Source of the DNA: Leptonemataceae bacterium
GTDB taxonomy: Bacteria; Spirochaetota; Leptospiria; Leptospirales; Leptonemataceae
Direction: 5' to 3'
Length of the DNA: 64,000 nt
NCBI GenBank assembly: GCA_965227295.1
Contig: OZ245742.1
Coordinates: 1,664,001 to 1,728,000, forward strand
The notes below the pieces were generated by a model. The model was not told the DNA's origin. It did not search any database and was given only the letters and a program-made list of their open reading frames with translations. A program made the translations under genes and the position numbers. Within the stretch, counting starts at the first letter, position 1; each line of letters begins with the position of its first letter. This document shows positions 49,170 to 57,162 of the stretch, piece after piece.

Positions 49170-50699
49170 CTAACGCGAAGAGGGCAAGCCCGTCACATCG
49201 TCCAGAGTCGCCCCGGCGAACCTCGCATCTTCCACATCCGCGCCCGCAAAACGCGCGCCGCTCAAGTCCGCCCCGCGAAAATCCGTCTCGCGTAGAATCG
49301 CGTCGCTAAAGTCTGCAAAGCGAAAGTTAGCCTCACGCGCGTCGGCCGAGCTGAGGTCGGCGTTCCGGAAGATCGTGCGGCGAAAGTCGGCCCGCCGCAG
49401 GTCCGCCCCGCGTAGATTCGCGTCCTCGAAATAACCGTAGATGAAGCGATCCGGCGCGGTCATGAATCGTAGAATGTCCTCACGCTCCGCCAGGTCCGGG
49501 TGCTCGGTAACGAAGGCCGGGGCGATGGAACGACCGGCCTGGCGCAGTTCGGAATCGTAGCGCAAGAGCCAGGGAGCCGCGCAGGCGGGCTCCGGCAGAA
49601 ACGGCTGCACTGCGCCGTCCGCTCCGAAGAATTGAAACTCGAGGGTATCGTCGAGCCAGTTTGTAAGATGAGCGAGGTTGCGAGAACGATCCGGCAGTTC
49701 GTCCGATACGCGCGCCCCGCGCAGATCGGCGGAGCCGAGATTCGCGCCGCGGAAGTTCGCAAGCAGCAGTCGCGCGTTTCGCAGATCGGCGGACAGCAGA
49801 ACGGCCCCGTAGAAAGATGCGCGATACAGGTCGGCGCCGCCCAGCTTCGCGTGCACCAGGTTCGCCCGGCGTAGATCGCTACAGCGCAGTACGGCCTCGT
49901 TCAGATTCGCGCGGCGCATGTCCGCGCGGGGCATGTAGAAACCGACAATCTCTCGCTCCTGGAGTTCGGCCTGCTGCAAATAGATCGTGCGCGCGAGCGG
50001 CGGAGATTCGCCGTTGAGGGCGCGGACTAATGTCCAGGAAAAAATAGTTAGTGCGAAGATTGCAAGAATCCGGTACGGAATGCCGGCATAGTACCGCGCT
50101 GTACCGCGGTTGCGGCGAATCAGCAAGAAGAGATTTACGCAAATACCGAAACAGGTGCCCATCAGCACAATGCCGGCCCGGGGATGGGGCAGGGCCTTCA
50201 CGGAAAACGCCAGCAGGGTCAGCGGCAGGACCCAGTAAAAGAGGATCTGTCCCAGGACCTCCGCCGCCCGGCTGCGCATCGTAAAAAAGTGCGACACGCT
50301 TTCGTTGCTGACTTCCAAACGCAGGCGATACCAACGTTCTAAGTACAGCTGTAAGTACGCATTGTACAACATTAAGGCGGAGGGCGCGAACATCAAGAAC
50401 AGGCCGTACTCCACTTGCACGCCGGTGAACGGCACGGCCACCCGGGCCTCGCTGTTCAGGAGCTCGACGTCGGACTTGCCCAGCGTGAGCAAACAGAACA
50501 CGCAGGCCCCCAACATGCCGAAGACCAGGCCGCGAATGGTTGCCGCCGCGGTTTCGTATTGTTTGTGGAGGTCGTCGGGTTCCAGGCCCAGGCTGTGATA
50601 GTACGGATACCACCAGGAGCGCGGAGGGCGATCCCGGTCGGCCAGGCGATAGAGAAGCGCCCAGGCGCAGGTACTCAGCCGGCCGGCGGTTCGGGCCAT
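49170..50699 (-). CDS. Pentapeptide repeat membrane protein; start uncertain
   Basis: About 5 TM followed by two blocks of A(D/N)LxxA(D/N)L repeats; overlaps the chaperone gene end by 25 bp. Confidence 0.85.
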   Translation of the reverse strand: MARTAGRLSTCAWALLYRLADRDRPPRSWWYPYYHSLGLEPDDLHKQYETAAATIRGLVFGMLGACVFCLLTLGKSDVELLNSEARVAVPFTGVQVEYGLFLMFAPSALMLYNAYLQLYLERWYRLRLEVSNESVSHFFTMRSRAAEVLGQILFYWVLPLTLLAFSVKALPHPRAGIVLMGTCFGICVNLFLLIRRNRGTARYYAGIPYRILAIFALTIFSWTLVRALNGESPPLARTIYLQQAELQEREIVGFYMPRADMRRANLNEAVLRCSDLRRANLVHAKLGGADLYRASFYGAVLLSADLRNARLLLANFRGANLGSADLRGARVSDELPDRSRNLAHLTNWLDDTLEFQFFGADGAVQPFLPEPACAAPWLLRYDSELRQAGRSIAPAFVTEHPDLAEREDILRFMTAPDRFIYGYFEDANLRGADLRRADFRRTIFRNADLSSADAREANFRFADFSDAILRETDFRGADLSGARFAGADVEDARFAGATLDDVTGLPSSR

Positions 50700-51169
50700 T
50701 CGATCCCGTCCGGATCGCTGAACTTTTTCGGCAGCTCACGCAGGTTTTTGCGATAGCGTCGCCACTGTTCGCGTTCGGCGTCCGTGATGGGATAGTCCGG
50801 AATCATGTACTTATCGCTCGCCGTGAGCAGTTCGTTCCGGCGTGCGCGGACTTCGTTCCAGCGCTTTTTTTCCAGGCGTTGCGCCCGGGCGTCCTCATCG
50901 CCGGAGAGCTCACCGTCGACGTAGGCGATCTCGCGGATCTGGAAGTCTTCGGCGCGAAGCTCGTCGTACTTCCGTTGCAGTTCCGCCCTGAGCTCAATGA
51001 CCGTGTGCGGGGCCGCGGGAATTTTCGGCATGCCCACGTGATCTTTCGGGAGATCGTCGCGCCAGGCGAAGAAGTCTTCGATGCGCTCGAAGCCCCGGGC
51101 GAAGGACTCGCATTCGACAGGATCGGCCACGACGGTCAGCAGGTGTTTGTTTTGGATGGCGGCGTACAT
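50675..51169 (-). CDS. Phage tail fibre assembly chaperone-like protein
   Basis: WNEVRARRNELLTASD...PDYP...WRRYRKNLRELP...IEWPEPP. Confidence 0.88.
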   Translation of the reverse strand: MYAAIQNKHLLTVVADPVECESFARGFERIEDFFAWRDDLPKDHVGMPKIPAAPHTVIELRAELQRKYDELRAEDFQIREIAYVDGELSGDEDARAQRLEKKRWNEVRARRNELLTASDKYMIPDYPITDAEREQWRRYRKNLRELPKKFSDPDGIEWPEPPAG

Positions 51170-51190
51170 GTAATTTTGCTCCGTTAGAAG

Positions 51191-54100
51191 TTAGTCGATT
51201 TTTTCCAGGGTGAAGGAGTTGTGGTGTTCGCTGTAGTGCATATTCATAGTGCCGTTGTTGGCCCCGTGCAGGACGTCGCCTTCCTTCAAGAAAAGGGTCA
51301 GGTCGGTGTTGCTTTCGATCAAATAGGTGCCACTGTGCCCGTACGAATACTTAAAGACCAACCCGTTCAGATGCCAGCCGATGGAAGCGTAGTTGTTGGC
51401 GATGTAGTTCGTCTTCAGGCGGTACGTGCCGGACTCTTTGATGTACCAGGCGCCGTGCTGGTTGCTGTAGACGACGTTTTTCGTGCCATAGGGCACCGGC
51501 ATTGCCACCGAGTTCTGGAGGGAGCCGCGTACTCGCTCGCAACGAAAACGATCGCCGGTGCCGTTGCCGTAGCTGGTGCTCTTCGATACCTGGCTCCACA
51601 CGGACGGCGACTTACGACGCCCCCGCGCAACCAGATCGCGGAGTTCGCGCGTTGTGTAGTTTTTCGCGTCGTAGACGATGAGATCGTCGTTCGTAATCCC
51701 GTCGCCGCCGCCCACCAGATCGGCGAGCGTGGCCGACTCGTGACGTGCGTAGTGATTCGCGCGGTGCACGGGTGTCACCACTTCGATCGCGCCGGCGTAA
51801 TGATAAAAGCCGCTCGTGATATCGCTGACCACTTCAATCCTGTGATCACCGAGGGGGAGGCCGAGAATCGAAATGGAACTCGCGTAGTCGCCGTCGCGAC
51901 CGGGTGTAAAGACGCCCGTCGACGGATTGATGGAACCGCTGGTCGTGGATGTAACGTAACCGAGTAGATTGGAACTACCGTCGATGTAGATCGTAAAGCC
52001 GGCCGTGTCGCTGATGTCGCGAAAGCGCAGCACGGCGCCGGTGCCGTAAAAACGCAGGCCGTAGCGGATGTTCTTCGTGACGTTACCACCCTGTACGATC
52101 AGGCCGCCGATGTCCTGCGGCTGCGGGGCCTCCACGTAGTTCCAACGGATGTCGGTGGCGGAATCCTCATCGTAGTAAAAATCTCGCGTGCCATGCGAGC
52201 GCCGGGTGCCGATGGGCTGAACGTTCACGGAGGGTTCCGTTTGTTGCACGACGTCCGCGAGCCGCGAGTATTCACCGAGAACGAGAAAGTTCTCCGGCAG
52301 TTCCGCGCGCCGGGGCTGAAAGATTTCGAAGTATTCGAACACCTGCGAGGTGTGATCCCGGGAGATCTGCACGCCGTCGAGGGTGATGATGGTCTCCGGA
52401 TTATTCTCGGCATCGGGCACGCGGAACCATTCGACGGTGTGCGTTCCGAGCGGCAATCCCGAGCAGAGATCATACGAGGTGTGCCGGTTGCGCGAGTGGC
52501 GTGTATACTTCTGAATGTCCTCGCGCACGCCGACCCGTAGTCCCGTACCAAAGAAAGTTAAGCGAAAGAATCCGTTGCTGTTATAGGTGCGCACGGCCGG
52601 CGTATCGTAGTAGTCGGTTTCAACGGTCTGACCGGTCAGCGACGTACAGCCGTCGTCCATCACGAAGGCGCGGTTGCTGTTCGAGCGAATCGTATCGAAG
52701 CCGCCGAAGACCGTGGCCGTGGCGTTTTTGTCGCCGTTGCCGAACTCAAAGGCATGCAGTCTCTCGGAACGCTCCTCGCGGGAATAGTCCGGTGCCTGGT
52801 CATCAATGACCGGGCGGGACTGGCCCTGATCGCGTTCGTCTTTTATGCTGCGTGCTTCGAAAGGTACGAACTGTTTGCTCGCGGAGTCGAAGACGAGCAC
52901 GCTGCCGGCGACATTGTAGCTGCTGAGCGGGCTGCGATAGTAAGACGGTACGAACGCGAAGGTATCGCTGTTGAAATTGAGGAAGGCGATGTTTTGACTG
53001 CCCCAGGACTTGATGCGCTGCATGGGAGCGAAGCGGGTTCCGTCCCAGCGCAGAATGTGGGACTCCGTGCTATGGGTGCTGCCGTTGTAGAACTGTCCGA
53101 CAGACACAAAGGTCTCGTCGCCGACATGTACGTGACGGATGTGACTGATGGCCGGCAGTTCGATTTCGTGTAGATACTCGAACTGCGTTCCGTTCCACTC
53201 GTAAACCTGGCTGGATGTATTGTAATTGCCGCCGTCGTAGTAGCTGCCGTAGATCAGGAAGTGCCGCGCCGAAGGACCGGACCCCACGCTTACGAAGTCG
53301 AGGTCGTGCGTCCCGGTGGTGGAGATGGACTGGAACGGTGACGATGTATCGAACTGAGTGCCGTTCCATTTATAGATGCGGGAACTAATATTGTGCGAAC
53401 TTCCGTTGTAGTTCTCCGAGAATGCGAGGTAGTGTTCGCCGTCGATCGTAAAGAACCTGGCGGAGTGGGCGTAATTGGTGCCGATGGACTGGAACGGCGT
53501 GGTGAAGTCGAACTGGGTGCCGTTCCATTTGAATATCTCGCAGTTGGTGTTGTAGGTGTAGACCGCGAGCAGGTAATGATCGCTGCCGATGGCAAAGTAC
53601 AGCCATTCAAGCAGGGCGTTTTTGACCAGGCTCTGGGTCTGTACAAACTGGCTGCCGTCCCATTTATGGACGGTGGATGTCAGGGATTGGCCGCCCGAGC
53701 TATTGTGGTTGACTGCCGCGAGGTAACTCTCGCCGTCGATCTCGAATGACTCCAGGCATGTGGCACCGGTCGTATCGATGTCCTGCACATGTTCCAGGTC
53801 GCCTCCGTTCCAGCGGAAGATTCGTGAATCCACGGCGTAGTTCCCGTTATAGTACTGCGGCACGGCCAGGAACATTTCCGAACCGATCTGAAACGGTTCG
53901 GAACGATACTGTCCCGCTCCCACAAACTCCGCCATCTCTCCGAGCGCCGAGGCCCGGGGCGGTACCCAGTTCACCGCGCAGCTAACCGTGGCGTTGCCGG
54001 CCAGGTCCCGGGACGTCGGATGCGCGAACCAGCTTACCCGCCCGCCGTAGAGCGGTCGGCGATGATTGAAGCTCGCGTTCGCAAAGGTGCCGTCAGCAGC

Positions 54101-56983
54101 ATCTAAGACCTTGTATACGCGCTGTTGCGAAGACGAGTACACCACCTCGTTCGCGACCAGGTCCGTACGGCTCGTAATGTCCGCCACCGTCCGGTCGATC
54201 GTATCCACCTGCGTCCAGACGACCTTGTCCGGGCTCAGCGCCTGGTGTTCATCCGCGAACAGGTTCTTTAAGTACTGCACGCGATAGACGCCGCCGTTGG
54301 TCGTGTTTAACACATGATCATGTACATTTAAGGCGGGGCTGAAAACCTGCGGTGCCGTGTGATCGGCGACGGCCAGAACAACGGGGACGTAGTTCTCCCA
54401 GGCATCGAGGCCCTCGTCGTAATAGCCAGGGCCGTCTTCGTCCAGGCCGTAGCCGTCACTCCAGGGATCGCAGAGATAGTCGTGGCTATCGGCAGCGACG
54501 TTCACTGCTTCGCCGTTGAACATTGCGGTTTGCGCGGGCAAATCGACCTTGTTTTCGTTGCCGGCGTCTTCGCGCGTGGCGATCATATCGAGACCGTAGG
54601 CGCTCCAGGCGTCGCCCAGCGTTATGCGTGCCGTGTGAATCGCCGGCGGGGCACCGGTGCGGAAGCCCTCTTTCGAAACGGAGATGGTATCCAGGTAACG
54701 ATTGTTCAGCGGCGTCGTTTCCATAATCGAAAACGCATCCACCGTGACCGGGCCGCCGCCGTCCAGTTCCACGGTCCAGCCGCCCTCGATGTTGCCGGGA
54801 TAGTGTAGAAAATCGAAGCCGTTGAAGTAGCCGCTGATTTCTACGTAGGCCCATTGACCGTACAACACGGGGCGAGTACCGTTAAGGTCATTGTACACTG
54901 TGACCGGCCCGTCCGAAACGATGCGCAGATCGTCCCGTCCCTCGATCTTATACACCATCCAGCCGTCGGGGCCGCGTTCGCCCATCGCTTCGACGATGTC
55001 GTCGAACAGAATGCGCCGGCGTCCCAGGAACATGCCCAGGGCCGGCGAAACCATGGGCTCGCGATTCTCAATTGTCGTAAAAAATAACTTACGGCCGAAC
55101 TCATCCGTGGTGCCGTGCTTCGCCGCGTCGTTGGTTGGATGCAGATACTCCGGCATCAGCCCGTAGTAACTTTGCGCGTTGCCGACGTTGGTGAGCATCG
55201 AACCGTCGCCGATAAACTTGCTTGCACGAACGTTACCGTCCACGTCCAGACGATGCAGCGAGGTCACCGCGTTCGGCCCCAGCGCCGTGTTGCCGTCGTT
55301 CGTAATGTTGCCGGTGACCGTGAGATTGCCGCCGGTGCTCGTATCGCCGCTGATGTCCGCCGTGCCGTCGACGGAAAGATTTTCCGCGACGTGCACGGCG
55401 TCGTCGATTTCCAATGCGCCGGAAGTGTGGAGCGATTCTAAGGTTCCATGAATCGTAACTTTGTCCTCGTCCTGGTCGCCCAGAAGGATGTCGCCGGGCT
55501 CGTGCTGGGTATCCCGCGCAATGACGTCGCCCTCGACGTAGAAGTCGCCTTTGATCGTAAGATTCTGATCCACCTGAACGTTCTGCTTAAACAACGCGTC
55601 CAGGTCGACGTTGAGACCCGCCTCGATGTTCAGCGTGCCGGTCATGGTATCGCCGAAGCGGTTGACCTTGTTTTCCACGAGGTTGTCCGACTTCGCAATG
55701 TCCACCAGGCTCGCGAACTGTACACGCGTGTCGGCGATCACGGACCAGGAATCCGAGAGAAGCTGTACAAATGCCAGGCGAGCGTATCTTACGATCTCAC
55801 TCCGCGGCGGTTGCGCCGTCGGCCCGCTGCCGTCGCAGGGCCATTCGATGCCGCGGTTGATCGTGCGCGCAGGAATCAACCAGTAGTCCCCGCTCTTGTA
55901 ATCACCGCCGCTCGCGAAGGTAATTTCAATGCCGCCTTCGAGTTCGAACCAACTATCGTCGTCGGGAATGGTGATCGTCCCGGTGCCGTCCACCTGGTCC
56001 CAGCGGCGAATCAGCGTCCGTCCGTCCGGAAACGAGGCAAGATCGTACGGTCCGGTGGCCGTGGCGGCGTCGATGGTGAGGGTGTCGCCCTCGGTACTCA
56101 GGATGCGTGCCAGGGTTCCGCTTTCGCCGCGTAACTCACGCCCCTCGTCAGTGAGTTCAATCCACTGCCCCGCGGCGAAAGAAGAGGCCGCATCCCGGGA
56201 CGAATCCAAAAACGTGAGCGTCGTACCCGAGGCGTCCGTCCACCCGGCGTTGACCGAGCCGTTTTCCCGGGACCACTTGAACGTTGCGCTGCCTGCCGCC
56301 CCGGCGTCGTGCACTTCCACGCGATAGAGGCGATTCTCCGGAATGGAATAGCCGCCGCGCAGTTGGGCCGCGCACGGATCCTGGCCCTGTTCCACCGTGT
56401 CGCCGGTGCGGGCGTTGAGCGTGGCCGAAGAACCGGCGATGAGATTGCTCCACTCCGTCGGCAGACTGTCTTCGGTAAGCGTTCCCGGAGCGTCGGCGAT
56501 CTTCAGTAACTTCACCTGGCCAAGAGTTTGCGAACGCCCGGCGGTGTCCGGGCCGCCCAGGGCCGGTTCGCGCAGCATGGAATCTTCGCGGTGACTGATC
56601 AAACGTTCACGGATTTGCAGATACACCAAATAGGCCGAGTCGTTGGCGGGATCGCTCGCATCGGGCAGAGAGTAGCCGGGCAATTGCGTCTGAGAACCGA
56701 TGGAACGATCGGCGTCGTTTTCGACGAGGATGCCGCCGGCATAGTAACGTCCTGCCGAAATCTCCAGATCGCTGCCGCCGCCGACGGCGCTGACCTGAAA
56801 GCCGCCGCCGGTAGCCGGCGCGCCCTCACCCGTGGAATCGTTCATGCGTTCACGGATTTCGCGTTGGATGATGTCGTGTTGTTCGTTCCAGTCGGCGTCC
56901 AGAATGGTGCGGCCCTGCTGCAGGCGGACGCCGGTATAACGTTTACTGGATTGATGGCTGTCGCGGGAAATGTCGCTCTTCAA
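51191..56983 (-). CDS. DUF6519 eCIS/phage-type tail fibre: beta-helix shaft, seven EAR/EPTP repeats, C1q-like C-terminus
   Basis: TTG start after GAGG gives MKSDISR...YTGVRLQQGRTILDADWNEQ; also REPALGGPDT, ENRLYRVEVH, FKWSRENGS and GDYWLIPART; LTIKGDFYVEG-type repeats; FIGDGSMLTNV. Confidence 0.85.
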   Translation of the reverse strand: MKSDISRDSHQSSKRYTGVRLQQGRTILDADWNEQHDIIQREIRERMNDSTGEGAPATGGGFQVSAVGGGSDLEISAGRYYAGGILVENDADRSIGSQTQLPGYSLPDASDPANDSAYLVYLQIRERLISHREDSMLREPALGGPDTAGRSQTLGQVKLLKIADAPGTLTEDSLPTEWSNLIAGSSATLNARTGDTVEQGQDPCAAQLRGGYSIPENRLYRVEVHDAGAAGSATFKWSRENGSVNAGWTDASGTTLTFLDSSRDAASSFAAGQWIELTDEGRELRGESGTLARILSTEGDTLTIDAATATGPYDLASFPDGRTLIRRWDQVDGTGTITIPDDDSWFELEGGIEITFASGGDYKSGDYWLIPARTINRGIEWPCDGSGPTAQPPRSEIVRYARLAFVQLLSDSWSVIADTRVQFASLVDIAKSDNLVENKVNRFGDTMTGTLNIEAGLNVDLDALFKQNVQVDQNLTIKGDFYVEGDVIARDTQHEPGDILLGDQDEDKVTIHGTLESLHTSGALEIDDAVHVAENLSVDGTADISGDTSTGGNLTVTGNITNDGNTALGPNAVTSLHRLDVDGNVRASKFIGDGSMLTNVGNAQSYYGLMPEYLHPTNDAAKHGTTDEFGRKLFFTTIENREPMVSPALGMFLGRRRILFDDIVEAMGERGPDGWMVYKIEGRDDLRIVSDGPVTVYNDLNGTRPVLYGQWAYVEISGYFNGFDFLHYPGNIEGGWTVELDGGGPVTVDAFSIMETTPLNNRYLDTISVSKEGFRTGAPPAIHTARITLGDAWSAYGLDMIATREDAGNENKVDLPAQTAMFNGEAVNVAADSHDYLCDPWSDGYGLDEDGPGYYDEGLDAWENYVPVVLAVADHTAPQVFSPALNVHDHVLNTTNGGVYRVQYLKNLFADEHQALSPDKVVWTQVDTIDRTVADITSRTDLVANEVVYSSSQQRVYKVLDAADGTFANASFNHRRPLYGGRVSWFAHPTSRDLAGNATVSCAVNWVPPRASALGEMAEFVGAGQYRSEPFQIGSEMFLAVPQYYNGNYAVDSRIFRWNGGDLEHVQDIDTTGATCLESFEIDGESYLAAVNHNSSGGQSLTSTVHKWDGSQFVQTQSLVKNALLEWLYFAIGSDHYLLAVYTYNTNCEIFKWNGTQFDFTTPFQSIGTNYAHSARFFTIDGEHYLAFSENYNGSSHNISSRIYKWNGTQFDTSSPFQSISTTGTHDLDFVSVGSGPSARHFLIYGSYYDGGNYNTSSQVYEWNGTQFEYLHEIELPAISHIRHVHVGDETFVSVGQFYNGSTHSTESHILRWDGTRFAPMQRIKSWGSQNIAFLNFNSDTFAFVPSYYRSPLSSYNVAGSVLVFDSASKQFVPFEARSIKDERDQGQSRPVIDDQAPDYSREERSERLHAFEFGNGDKNATATVFGGFDTIRSNSNRAFVMDDGCTSLTGQTVETDYYDTPAVRTYNSNGFFRLTFFGTGLRVGVREDIQKYTRHSRNRHTSYDLCSGLPLGTHTVEWFRVPDAENNPETIITLDGVQISRDHTSQVFEYFEIFQPRRAELPENFLVLGEYSRLADVVQQTEPSVNVQPIGTRRSHGTRDFYYDEDSATDIRWNYVEAPQPQDIGGLIVQGGNVTKNIRYGLRFYGTGAVLRFRDISDTAGFTIYIDGSSNLLGYVTSTTSGSINPSTGVFTPGRDGDYASSISILGLPLGDHRIEVVSDITSGFYHYAGAIEVVTPVHRANHYARHESATLADLVGGGDGITNDDLIVYDAKNYTTRELRDLVARGRRKSPSVWSQVSKSTSYGNGTGDRFRCERVRGSLQNSVAMPVPYGTKNVVYSNQHGAWYIKESGTYRLKTNYIANNYASIGWHLNGLVFKYSYGHSGTYLIESNTDLTLFLKEGDVLHGANNGTMNMHYSEHHNSFTLEKID

Positions 56984-57162
56984 AAGGGAACCTCGAGGCA
57001 GATGTGCTACCCGTCTGTAACCCGGGATCCCCTTCCGCTGCAATGCAAAGAGCGGCAAAGCTACTCAGCTTAGATAAAATTCAGGACATTCTTGCAAAAT
57101 ATGAAACGCCGGCCGCGCCGGTTTGTGCAACGTTAAACCGTTCGAGGAGGAACGTTGCGTGC

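Noticed and set aside
49170-57058. Prophage
   Set aside because: Only a fibre and a chaperone; no integrase, capsid, terminase, lysis genes or att repeats, and composition is host-like
51191-57162. Diversity-generating retroelement or invertible shufflon acting on the fibre tip
   Set aside because: No reverse transcriptase, invertase, template repeat or alternative tip cassette seen in the window
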